NCBI GenBank assembly: GCA_038321985.1
Contig: JBBQFN010000007.1
Location: 64,001-128,000, forward strand
Length of the DNA stretch: 64,000 nt
Direction: 5' to 3'
Source of the DNA: Cyanophyceae cyanobacterium
GTDB lineage: Bacteria > Cyanobacteriota > Cyanobacteriia > Cyanobacteriales > Laspinemataceae
The number at the start of each line of letters is the position of its first letter. Within the stretch, counting starts at the first letter, position 1. Under the pieces are notes generated by a model. That model was not told where the DNA came from. It did not search any database and was given only the letters and a program-made list of their open reading frames with translations. The position numbers and the translations under genes were made by a program. This document shows positions 43,182 through 52,431 of the stretch, one piece after another.

Positions 43182-44264
43182 TTAACCGTTGATAGAAGGA
43201 GCAGTCAAAGCAACGGGAGTAGCTTCGCCAGCAGCCAAGTCGAGGGGGAAGTTGTGAGCATTGCGCTCGTGCATGACTTCCATACCCAAGTTAGCGCGGT
43301 TGATCACATCAGCCCAGGTATTGACAACACGACCCGTGGAGTCAATGATGGACTGGTTGAAGTTAAAACCGTTCAAGTTAAAGGCCATCGTGGAAACACC
43401 CAAAGCGGTGAACCAGATACCCACAACCGGCCAAGCAGCTAAGAAGAAGTGCAAAGAGCGGCTGTTGTTAAAAGAAGCATATTGGAAAATCAAGCGACCG
43501 AAGTAACCGTGAGCGGCAACAATGTTGTAGGTTTCTTCTTCTTGACCGAACTTATAACCGTAGTTCTGAGATTCGGTTTCGCTGGTTTCACGAACTAAGC
43601 TGGAGGTCACCAAACTTCCGTGCATGGCACTGAACAAGGAACCACCGAACACACCGGCCACACCCAACATATGGAAGGGATGCATCAGGATGTTGTGCTC
43701 AGCTTGGAACACTAACATGAAGTTAAAGGTTCCAGAGATACCCAAAGGCATACCATCAGAGAAAGAGCCTTGGCCGATCGGGTAGATCAAGAAGACTGCG
43801 GAAGCGGCTGCAACAGGTGCAGAGTAAGCAACGCAGATCCAAGGACGCATCCCTAAGCGGTAGGAGAGTTCCCACTCACGACCCATGTAGCAGAAGATGC
43901 CGATGAGGAAGTGGAAAATCACGAGCTGGTAAGGGCCACCATTGTAGAGCCACTCATCCAAGCTAGCTGCTTCCCAGATAGGGTAGAAGTGCAAGCCAAT
44001 TGCGTTAGAGGAAGGAACAACCGCACCAGAGATGATGTTGTTTCCGTAAAGCAAAGAACCGGCAACAGGTTCGCGGATCCCATCGATATCAACGGGAGGT
44101 GCCGCGATGAAGGCGATGATGTAGCAAACGGTAGCGCTTAAGAGAGTCGGAATCATCAACACGCCGAACCAGCCGATATAAAGGCGGTTTTCGGTGGAGG
44201 CGACCCACTCGCAGAAGCGGTCCCACAGATTGGCGCTTTCGCGCTGCTGTAAAGTGGTGGTCAT
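43182..44264 (-). CDS. psbA: Photosystem II D1 protein, standard type with Glu130
   Basis: 360 aa, [10 protein letters not shown]...; Mn-cluster ligands D170, E189, H332, E333, D342 and A344 are intact. Confidence 0.99.
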   Translation of the reverse strand: MTTTLQQRESANLWDRFCEWVASTENRLYIGWFGVLMIPTLLSATVCYIIAFIAAPPVDIDGIREPVAGSLLYGNNIISGAVVPSSNAIGLHFYPIWEAASLDEWLYNGGPYQLVIFHFLIGIFCYMGREWELSYRLGMRPWICVAYSAPVAAASAVFLIYPIGQGSFSDGMPLGISGTFNFMLVFQAEHNILMHPFHMLGVAGVFGGSLFSAMHGSLVTSSLVRETSETESQNYGYKFGQEEETYNIVAAHGYFGRLIFQYASFNNSRSLHFFLAAWPVVGIWFTALGVSTMAFNLNGFNFNQSIIDSTGRVVNTWADVINRANLGMEVMHERNAHNFPLDLAAGEATPVALTAPSING

Positions 44265-44310
44265 AGTTTTATGATTGCTATTTGGTTGTCGAGGTAGTTA
44301 TGATGTTTTT

Positions 44311-44339
44311 AGATTAATGCTTTTGTAACGGTTTGTAAA
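44311..44339 (-). promoter_or_regulatory. psbA promoter with HLR1 (RpaB) motif
   Basis: Minus strand TTTACA, 17 nt, TAATCT. TTTACAAA-CC-GTTACAAA matches HLR1 (G/T)TTACA(T/A)(T/A)-N2-repeat. Confidence 0.8.
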
Positions 44340-44508
44340 GGGTTTTCACCTACAGCAGTTCTGATGAGAGAAATAAGCGGGGCTTATCAAGAGGAGAGTA
44401 GAGACCGTCATGAGGTTGTACCTTCCCTATGTATAGGTTGGCTTGGCGAGGGAACCGCCAGTCCCCAAAATTTGGGATAATGGATCAAAGCTAAGGGAAA
44501 ATTTTTTT

Positions 44509-45294
44509 ATGAGCGAAACAGTAACCGACATCAACCGGCCAGCGCCATTCCCTGACCATACGCAACTACCAGAAGAAGACGGCACGTTTGTGAAAAATTT
44601 TCAGGAGCATCCCCAGAGTATTTTATTGACTGATTCTCTGGGGCCAGTTTTAGCGGCGAGGCATCCCGACGGACAGTATTGTATTGGACAAGATAGCGGG
44701 ATTTACTGGAGAGAAACGGACCCCCCGGAAAAAGGAGCCGAGGCCCCGGATTGGTTTTATGTGCCAAATGTCCCCCCAAGCCTGGAGGGAGGGGTACGTC
44801 GTTCTTATGTGCTGTGGCGAGAATTGATGGCCCCCTTGATTGCCTTAGAGTTTGCCAGTGGGAATGGGGAGGAAGAACGGGATAGAACGCCTTTAGGAGT
44901 TTCTGCTCAAGGAGGAACGGTTAAACCGGGTAAGTTTTGGGTATATGAACAGATTATTCGCATTCCTTACTATGGGATTTATGAAATAAAGTCGGGTCAG
45001 TTAGAGGTTTATCATTTGATGGATTTTTCTTATCAACGGATAGAACCGAATGAACGAGGTCATTATTCGATTGTGCCGATGGGAGTGGAGTTGGGATTAT
45101 GGCAGGGGACATATCAAAATCAAGAACAATTGTGGATTCGATGGTGGGATTTGCAAGGAAATTTGTTATTGATTGGTTCGGAACGTGCTGAACAGGAAAA
45201 GCAGCGAGCTGATGCGGCAGAACGCAAAGCGGCCCGGTTAGCAAAACGCTTACGGGCAATGGGTTTCAACCCAGATGAAGAGGAGGAAATTTAA
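44509..45294 (+). CDS. Uma2 (DUF820) family putative endonuclease
   Basis: DHTQLPEEDG, APDWFYVP, RRSYVLW, GKFWVYEQ; C-terminal AEQEKQRA..RLAKRLRAMGFNPD tail. Confidence 0.9.
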   Translation: MSETVTDINRPAPFPDHTQLPEEDGTFVKNFQEHPQSILLTDSLGPVLAARHPDGQYCIGQDSGIYWRETDPPEKGAEAPDWFYVPNVPPSLEGGVRRSYVLWRELMAPLIALEFASGNGEEERDRTPLGVSAQGGTVKPGKFWVYEQIIRIPYYGIYEIKSGQLEVYHLMDFSYQRIEPNERGHYSIVPMGVELGLWQGTYQNQEQLWIRWWDLQGNLLLIGSERAEQEKQRADAAERKAARLAKRLRAMGFNPDEEEEI

Positions 45295-45417
45295 TCTAAA
45301 TTACCAGATAGAATCTTACCCAAAAGCTCGATTCACGATCGCTTAGTGAGCGATCGCATTTGGATGGTCAGCGGTTGAATGGATACAAGGGATAGCGATC
45401 GCTGGTTCATGGGTTGA

Positions 45418-45705
45418 TTAACAAGGTTCTTCAAAGGCTCCAACGGGTTGGACTAATAAAGTAATACAGTGAATGCCGACAATCCGAACGGGTTCACCGG
45501 GTCCGATGACGATTTCGCGATCGCAACTGGCAGGCCAATAACTACCTCTAAAATGAACTCTCCCGGCTATATAGGGCCCTCGAATCATCTCATCGACGAT
45601 GCCGATTTCTCCGGGTTTGCCGAGGGTATATTTTAGATTGGGGTCTTGATATTCTTTGAGTCTGGATGGATGGGGAGCAAATAGGCTGTCTAAGAAACGA
45701 AACAT
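45418..45705 (-). CDS. NfeD-like OB-fold protein
   Basis: GRVHFRGSYWPA...IGPGEPVRIVGIHCITLLVQP. Confidence 0.8.
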   Translation of the reverse strand: MFRFLDSLFAPHPSRLKEYQDPNLKYTLGKPGEIGIVDEMIRGPYIAGRVHFRGSYWPASCDREIVIGPGEPVRIVGIHCITLLVQPVGAFEEPC

Positions 45706-45915
45706 GGCATCTCAGGTGAACGCTACAATCCCACCCTAAAATGCCTACTCGTTTCAAGGGGATGCTCAGGTGTCACTCTTTGATCTGGTTACTTAATAAG
45801 CCTGATCAGGGTATTTTTAGAGCGATCACTGGGGGTTTAGGCCCCGTCTTTGTAGACAGTTTACAATTTGGTCCGGCATTTGCCGAACTGCTGGATTGAA
45901 GAGAAGGCGATCGCA

Positions 45916-46125
45916 CTATTGCTCCTTAACACAGCCTTTAAGATTACGCACCGATGCACTAGACTCTTGGACAATGACCGGACAATCCTCTTTAGCCTGC
46001 CAAAACCGATCAATCGCGTAATGAATCGCAATCACCCAAAATAAAATGAAAAATGCCACCAAACCCAACTGCTCAGGGGTGATAAATCGTCGCAGGGGTT
46101 CTGATGGTGGCTTTTTTTCGTTCAT
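45916..46125 (-). CDS. Small single-TM hypothetical protein
   Basis: 69 aa, ATG start, one TM segment (LGLVAFFILFWVIAI). Confidence 0.55.
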   Translation of the reverse strand: MNEKKPPSEPLRRFITPEQLGLVAFFILFWVIAIHYAIDRFWQAKEDCPVIVQESSASVRNLKGCVKEQ

Positions 46126-46468
46126 AATACTTTCGACTTCCCGTCATCGGCGATCGCCGTGCATAAGTTGGGCTCAAAGCAAGGGAATCAAACACTTTAT
46201 TTAAAAAAATTCCCTCTGCTTCAATATTTTATTCTAATTTTTCAAGTTTGGGATGCCAAAATTGTCACGTTGACAAAGTAAAGTCCAAAAACTTTTTTCT
46301 GGTTAAATACGCCAGTATCTACGGGGTGGCTTCAGGGTTCAGATCCTATAAATCTTGGGGGTTAAGTGTACAAGGGAGGGGCCTAAAAACAAATGAATTT
46401 GATTAGGAAGAACAGGGTATAAAATAACCTGAAACATTCCCCGTTGACAAGCCTTCATCACAGGACCG

Positions 46469-46687
46469 TCACTGTGCCTGGTTGTGTAGGGATGGCGTTT
46501 TTAAGGGCGAGACTAATCCCGGCTTAGAAACGTTGCCCTGTGCGATTTTCGGCAGGCGCTTACTTTGACCTGTGAGTTGACTAAAAATCTGGGACCAATT
46601 TAAAGTCAACAGCCTAGGTAATAATACACAAATTGTGGCATTAAATAGAGTCAATAGGAGGAATTCAAACCCGTTTGATAGCACCAT
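46469..46687 (-). CDS. Small membrane-associated hypothetical protein
   Basis: AAGGAGAAC RBS; hydrophobic N-terminus LLLTLFNATICVLLPRLL. Confidence 0.65.
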   Translation of the reverse strand: MVLSNGFEFLLLTLFNATICVLLPRLLTLNWSQIFSQLTGQSKRLPKIAQGNVSKPGLVSPLKTPSLHNQAQ

Positions 46688-47168
46688 AAGTTCTCCTTGT
46701 TCAGCCTGATTAAATAGTGGATTTAATTATAGGCCAAGGATCGGGTAACCGGAGCAAATTTTCGCACTTTTAATAATTTAAATTCCTTCTACTTGCTATA
46801 AACTATTCTCAAGATAAGATTGATTACAAGCAGGGCCTTACGGATAATTAATTTTCTATACAGAGCAAGCATTTCAGGGTTTTTGCTCTTTTTTTGCGGT
46901 CTTGAGTTATAATCTAAATTGGAACTTCCGTGCCTTATTTGGAAAAATTTGAAGGAGAGTATAGGTGGAAAAGGATAGTCTGTCTAATTTTTGGACAAGT
47001 CTCTAAAATTAAGTATAAACCCAAATAGAGTTTCTCGCCTCTTCCCTGGTTTTATCGGGGCTAAAAATATTAAAAATTAATCAAAAATTAGGTTTCCCTG
47101 AAGGATTGCATGGCGAAGCAGCCTAGAGGCTGCCTCGCTTAATTCTTACTATTATAGATACAGGGTGA

Positions 47169-47498
47169 TTAACGTCCTGCTGCAACGGCTGAAACTTTGT
47201 TCAATATTTCAAGAGAACGGCGACAGGCTTCTGCACATTTTTGGCAGTGTTCGTTATTATGCTTTTCACATTCTGTAGCACAAGCTGCGCAGATATCGAT
47301 GCAGGCGCTGGAGACTTGGGCAGTAAAGCGAGAACCTCGGCTCATAAAACTTGCGATCGTCCAGCATATTTGAGAGCAATCTCGGCACAGGCGAACACAG
47401 TCGGGCATACTGCCAATACATTCATCGGCACAATGTTCGCACTCTCTAGCACAATTGAGGATCGCGTCTACGCCGGCTTGATTAATTTGATGAGGCAT
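47169..47498 (-). CDS. Four-helix-bundle copper-storage protein (Csp3/DUF326-like)
   Basis: 109 aa, 15 Cys in CxxxCxxCxxxC arrays, HxxEHC motif, no signal peptide; AGGAGG RBS; hairpin at 47113-47138 downstream. Confidence 0.88.
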   Translation of the reverse strand: MPHQINQAGVDAILNCARECEHCADECIGSMPDCVRLCRDCSQICWTIASFMSRGSRFTAQVSSACIDICAACATECEKHNNEHCQKCAEACRRSLEILNKVSAVAAGR

Positions 47499-47611
47499 AA
47501 AAATTTTCCTCCTTTCTTTCTCTTAAGTTTCTAAGAGTCAGCTTATCGGGGCCGAGTTGAAAAATCCTCTGTCTACAGTACGAATAACACAGTGTTTCGT
47601 AAGGTATAGGC

Positions 47612-47631
47612 ACATTTCATTTGCATTTCAT
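47612..47631. promoter_or_regulatory. OmpR-type direct repeat (NrsR/CopR-like box)
   Basis: ACATTTCAT-TT-GCATTTCAT with an 11-bp period, in the divergent csp / response regulator spacer. Confidence 0.6.
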
Positions 47632-47883
47632 TTTTGGGTGAGATGATTGAAAAGGATCTTTTTAAAATAACCTAATCTTAAACAAGGAGGGGATTTCGAG
47701 CAGAAGTCGAAGTTAATAAATTAGGTATTAAAGGATACTTTGTTTGATTAAAGTTAAGTTTTAGGAGAGGTAAGAGCGACCTATTTATTATTGTAATGAG
47801 GGAAAACGAAGTAAAATAAGGATATCCTTGTAAGTCAATGCTTTTTATTATCATAGATTAAGCCTAGATAACGGTTGGCAAAT

Positions 47884-48594
47884 ATGAAGGTACTGTTAGT
47901 GGAAGATGAGCCAGATTTAGGGGCGGCGATTAAACGAACCCTAGAGCGGGAAGCCTACGTGGTAGACTGGGCAAAGGATGGAAGGGAGGCGTATGAGTAT
48001 CTTGAAAGTTATAGCTTTAAGCCGGTAGAAACGCCCTATACCCTGGCGATATTCGATTGGTTGTTACCGATATTATCAGGAATAGAATTATGTAAACGCT
48101 TGCGCGATCGCGGCAGTGCTTTACCTGTGCTGATGCTTACGGCAAAAGATAGTATAGAAGATAAAGTGATGGGGTTAGATGCTGGGGCTGATGATTATTT
48201 AGTAAAACCATTTGGGATGGCTGAACTATTGGCACGGTTGCGCGCATTACAACGGCGCTCGCCTCAATTGCAACCTCAACAGATTCAGGTAGGAAATCTT
48301 ACTCTAGATTACGGCACTCGCACCCTGTATTGTCATCATAAAATGGGGGAACTGGTGGCTATTTCTATGACCAATAAAGAGTTTCAATTGTTAGAATATT
48401 TAATGCGTCATCCCCAACAAATTATTACCCGCGATCGCATTCTGGATCGGCTCTGGGAATTGGGTTCAGAACCGGGTAGCAATGTGGTAGCAGCACAGAT
48501 GCGGTTGCTGCGCCGCAAACTCGCAGAAAATGGCTGTGATCGTCTAATAGAAACCGTCTACGGATTGGGATATCGCTTTAAAGCAGAAGGATAA
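47884..48594 (+). CDS. rppA: OmpR-family response regulator, RppA/NrsR type
   Basis: LLVEDE, IFDWLLP, GADDYLVKPF, SNVVAAQMRLLRRKL, IETVYGLGYRF. Confidence 0.85.
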   Translation: MKVLLVEDEPDLGAAIKRTLEREAYVVDWAKDGREAYEYLESYSFKPVETPYTLAIFDWLLPILSGIELCKRLRDRGSALPVLMLTAKDSIEDKVMGLDAGADDYLVKPFGMAELLARLRALQRRSPQLQPQQIQVGNLTLDYGTRTLYCHHKMGELVAISMTNKEFQLLEYLMRHPQQIITRDRILDRLWELGSEPGSNVVAAQMRLLRRKLAENGCDRLIETVYGLGYRFKAEG

Positions 48595-48618
48595 ACCGCG
48601 TGGGGAGTAAAAAATACA

Positions 48619-49965
48619 GTGAATCAAAATCAACTCTTTCGACAAACTCAGTTCCATCTGGCTTGTTGGTATGCTGGGGTGATGGGGGTGATTCTGGGGT
48701 TGTGTGGGTGGGGAATGTATGAGGCGATCGCCCATGCTCACTGGATGACCCTCGATCGCGAATTACAATCGGTTGCTGGAACCCTGCACGATAGTCTAGA
48801 ACCCGTACTTCAAGAACCCGGGGAGTTAGAACCGGAAGTTGCTAGATTATTGCCGGATTTATGTACTGAAAGTGATCGCTGTTGGAAGAAAGGATTCAAT
48901 CCAGAACGACACGCGATCGGCGCACTTCGTCAAGGGAATTATTACGTCCAATTGCTAGATTTTGTAGGAAATTTTATCGCCCTCGCTGGAGTAATTCCGG
49001 ATAAATTACCCACAACAAAGGGTCCGGAAAGGTGGGAAACTTTCACCGATAGTCAAGGAACTCGATTTTATCAGATCTCGGTGATTTTACATACTGAAGA
49101 TGGCCGAAATTGGGGCCAGTTACAAGTGGGTAGAAGTCTTAAGGAATTCGATGATTATTTAGGGGCTGTTAAAGTGGTTATTTTGATGGGATTGCCCGTC
49201 GCATTGTTGGGGGTGGGTACTGCCAGTTGGGGATTGGCTGGAGTTGCTATGCAGCCAATTTATCAGTCCTATCGACAAATTCAACAATTTACCGCCGATG
49301 CCGCCCATGAATTGCGAACTCCGTTAGCAGCAATTCGAGCTACAGTAGAATCAACTTTAAGAATTTACCCCCCTATCCACGAGGACGTGCTTGAAACGTT
49401 AAAAACCGTTGATCGTCAAAATTTACGGCTTTCTCAACTCGTGGATGATCTATTGTTATTATCACGAATGGACCGACAGGCACTACCCTTAAAACATTTA
49501 CCTTGCTGCCTCAACGATGTAATTAGCGATGTTGAAGAAGAAATCGCTGCCCTAGCAGTCGCCGCCGCTGTCACTCTCACGAGTGAGATTCGAGTCAAGC
49601 AAGCCTTGTGGGTGAAAGGAAATGAAGAACAACTCTATCGAATGATGTTTAATTTAGTCAGTAACGGGATTCAATATACTCCAGTGGGAGGTAAAGTTAC
49701 TTTGATTTTAGACGTGAGCGATCGCCATGCCATCATTCAAGTGAATGACACAGGAATTGGGATTCGTTCTCACGATTTAAACCAAATTTTTGACCGATTT
49801 TATCGGATAAATACCGATCGTTCTCGTCACACCGGGGGTTCGGGTTTGGGGTTAGCTATTGCGAGAGCGATCGCGAAAGCCCATCAAGGCAGTATCCAGG
49901 TTCAAAGCGAATGGGGTCAGGGGAGTTTGTTTACTATCCGACTACCTATATTAGAACCAGGATAG
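48619..49965 (+). CDS. rppB: Sensor histidine kinase, RppB/NrsS type
   Basis: LACWYAGVMG TM, DRELQSVAGTLHDSLEP, FTADAAHELRTP, GGSGLGL. Confidence 0.85.
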   Translation: MNQNQLFRQTQFHLACWYAGVMGVILGLCGWGMYEAIAHAHWMTLDRELQSVAGTLHDSLEPVLQEPGELEPEVARLLPDLCTESDRCWKKGFNPERHAIGALRQGNYYVQLLDFVGNFIALAGVIPDKLPTTKGPERWETFTDSQGTRFYQISVILHTEDGRNWGQLQVGRSLKEFDDYLGAVKVVILMGLPVALLGVGTASWGLAGVAMQPIYQSYRQIQQFTADAAHELRTPLAAIRATVESTLRIYPPIHEDVLETLKTVDRQNLRLSQLVDDLLLLSRMDRQALPLKHLPCCLNDVISDVEEEIAALAVAAAVTLTSEIRVKQALWVKGNEEQLYRMMFNLVSNGIQYTPVGGKVTLILDVSDRHAIIQVNDTGIGIRSHDLNQIFDRFYRINTDRSRHTGGSGLGLAIARAIAKAHQGSIQVQSEWGQGSLFTIRLPILEPG

Positions 49966-50008
49966 GAGCCAATTAGATTAATTAGCAAACAGTTTACAGA
50001 GGAAACTT

Positions 50009-50028
50009 GAATTTCATCCTTATTTCAT
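50009..50028 (+). promoter_or_regulatory. OmpR-type direct repeat (NrsR/CopR-like box) upstream of the efflux operon
   Basis: GAATTTCAT-CC-TTATTTCAT with an 11-bp period, 60 nt before ATG 50088. Confidence 0.65.
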
Positions 50029-50087
50029 TTTCTTCGGTCAAACTAGAGGGTGAGGTTTGATTCACCCTTACGAGATCCCAATTAATC

Positions 50088-52226
50088 ATGCGATCGCCCA
50101 ATTACTCTAACCTAATCTCTACCTCTTTTGCCGCTATCCTACTGGTTACCACCCCGGCGGTAGTATTAGCTCATCCTGGACATGGAAATGAGTTTGAAGG
50201 AGGAGCAAATGCCAGTCACGCACCTGGGGGAATTGAAGTGGATGCTCAAACTCTTGAACGGATGGGAATTTTAATCGAACCTGTGCAAGAAGAAGTGCTG
50301 GAAGTGGGAATTAAAGCTACCGGACAAATTGAAACCTTACCCAATGAAACTGTAGAAGTAACGGCACCGATCGCCGGGAAAGTGATTCAATTATTAGTAC
50401 AACCGGGGGATACAGTTCAAGCCGGGGATGCAGTGGCAATTTTATCGAGTCCCGAATTAGCAGCCTTGCGGGTAGATGCGCTGCAAAAACAAGCGGAAGC
50501 AGAATCTAAGGTTAAGCAAGCTGAGGCAAATTGGCAATTGGCACAACAAAATTATCAACGTCAAGTGGCGATTGCCGACGCCGAAATTGCCCAAGCCCAA
50601 CAGCAACTGGTGACTGCTCAATCTCGGTATGAACGCGATCGCAATTTGGTCAATGAAAGAGGGGTATTAACGGCAGCAGAAGAAGGGTATCGCCGTCAGG
50701 TGGAATTAGCGGAATCAGAAATTGGAGCAGCACAACAACAAGTGGCGATCGCCCAATCTCGCTATGAAAGAGATCGGAAGCTAGTAGATGAGGGAGGGGT
50801 GCTTTCAGTTGCCCGCGAAAACTATCAGCGCCAAATAGAACTTGCGGAAGCAGAAATTGCCCAAGCTGAAACCGAATTAGCCATTGCCCAGGAACGGTTT
50901 GAACGGGATCAACAATTAGTCGCAGAAGGCGCAATTCCGCGTCGTCAGATGCTTGATTCCGAGGGACAGTTTGCCGCCGCAAAATCGGAACTCAAACGCA
51001 CCCAAAGTCGTTTTGGGCAGCTACAAGCCGAATCCGAAGTCAAACGGGCTGAAGTGGATTTACCCTTACGAGACTTGCGGGAATCGGAAGAATTATTAGG
51101 GCGATCGCAAACAGAATTAGCGCGCGCTCAAAGCCGCTTAGGGCAACTCGAAGCTCAAGCTCAAGTTAAACAAGCCGAAGCTGATTTACCTTTACGAGAC
51201 TTGCGCGAATCCGAAGATTTATTAGCCCAAGCTCAAGGGCAACTAATTCGGGCGAAAAGTCGCCAAGGGATAATTGCCGCCGAAGCCGAACTCAAACGAG
51301 CTGATGCTGAACTACAAGAGGCAAAATCTCAACTCAATCTGAGCGATCGCACTTATCAAATTCGCCTCAATCAGTTAGATATTGTTCCTGATGAAAAGGG
51401 AACGGTTACGGTAACTTCTCCGATTGCTGGAGTAGTGTCTCATCGAGAAATTACCCCGGGTCAATCGGTAGAGGCAGCGGGAATTTCTTTAATGAAAATT
51501 CAAAATCAGTCGCGGGTGGGGGCAACTGCGAACCTTTATGAAAAAGACTTACAAAAAGTAAAAATCGGCCAACCCGTCAATGTCAAAGTGGCTAGTTTCC
51601 CAAATCGCATTTTTACAGGGAGAATTGATTATATTGCCTCGGATGTTCAAGGCGAAACGCGTGTGATTCCCGTGAGAGCAGCGGTGGATAATACAGGGGG
51701 TGAATTAAAGCCCGGAATGTTTGCCGAGTTAGAAATTGCTACAGAGAAAACCAGTGAAATGGTGACTACTATTCCAGAAAGTGCGCTTGTAGAGGTTAAT
51801 AACTTGCCGGTAGTTTATGTTCAAAATGGGCAACAGTTCCAGCCGGTTGAGGTGAAACTGGGACAGCAATTTCGAGAGCGAATTGAGGTAAAAGGGGGAT
51901 TATTTGCAGGCGATCGCGTTGTCACCCAAGGGGCGATGCAACTTTACGCCCAATCCCTCCGAGGTGGCAGTCATAGCAGCCCTGATCACCCAGCAGAAAC
52001 ACAGACAAATCAGAGGAATGCCGCAGGGTTAATGGAGTGGGGATGGCTACCTCTTGCAGGGGCGATCGCAGCCGGTGCATTTTGGTTGGGACGGCGAACT
52101 AAAGCGGTGAAAAACCCAACTGTACCGGATCCAACTTTTACCCCAGAAGGGTCGGAGTTCCCCGAGTCTGCGATCGGTGACGCTTGCGAACTGCCGGTTC
52201 TACTCAAAAATAATCGTCATATTTAG
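50088..52226 (+). CDS. Heavy-metal RND periplasmic adaptor (CzcB/NrsB-like) with expanded alpha-hairpin
   Basis: Signal peptide followed by HPGHG; lipoyl halves VTAPIAGKV and VTSPIAGVV; LKPGMFAE; internal repeats; C-terminal TM. Confidence 0.9.
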   Translation: MRSPNYSNLISTSFAAILLVTTPAVVLAHPGHGNEFEGGANASHAPGGIEVDAQTLERMGILIEPVQEEVLEVGIKATGQIETLPNETVEVTAPIAGKVIQLLVQPGDTVQAGDAVAILSSPELAALRVDALQKQAEAESKVKQAEANWQLAQQNYQRQVAIADAEIAQAQQQLVTAQSRYERDRNLVNERGVLTAAEEGYRRQVELAESEIGAAQQQVAIAQSRYERDRKLVDEGGVLSVARENYQRQIELAEAEIAQAETELAIAQERFERDQQLVAEGAIPRRQMLDSEGQFAAAKSELKRTQSRFGQLQAESEVKRAEVDLPLRDLRESEELLGRSQTELARAQSRLGQLEAQAQVKQAEADLPLRDLRESEDLLAQAQGQLIRAKSRQGIIAAEAELKRADAELQEAKSQLNLSDRTYQIRLNQLDIVPDEKGTVTVTSPIAGVVSHREITPGQSVEAAGISLMKIQNQSRVGATANLYEKDLQKVKIGQPVNVKVASFPNRIFTGRIDYIASDVQGETRVIPVRAAVDNTGGELKPGMFAELEIATEKTSEMVTTIPESALVEVNNLPVVYVQNGQQFQPVEVKLGQQFRERIEVKGGLFAGDRVVTQGAMQLYAQSLRGGSHSSPDHPAETQTNQRNAAGLMEWGWLPLAGAIAAGAFWLGRRTKAVKNPTVPDPTFTPEGSEFPESAIGDACELPVLLKNNRHI

Positions 52227-52431
52227 CCGAAATAATAGTACATTAAAATAAAGTAAAAAAGATAGAATTAATTTTAAACCTAAAATATTGATTCCATTAA
52301 CCGGAATATAATTGACAACAAATATGATTTCTATTTAAAAAATTTACTAATATAGAATCATTGTTTTTAGTTTCCTGCTTTTGATACAATTTTACGTCGT
52401 CAAAAAATATAAAACTACCCCCTAATAATCA

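Noticed and set aside
44509..45294. Uma2 gene as a restriction or defence system
   Set aside because: Solitary member of a family highly expanded in cyanobacteria; no methyltransferase or defence partner nearby.
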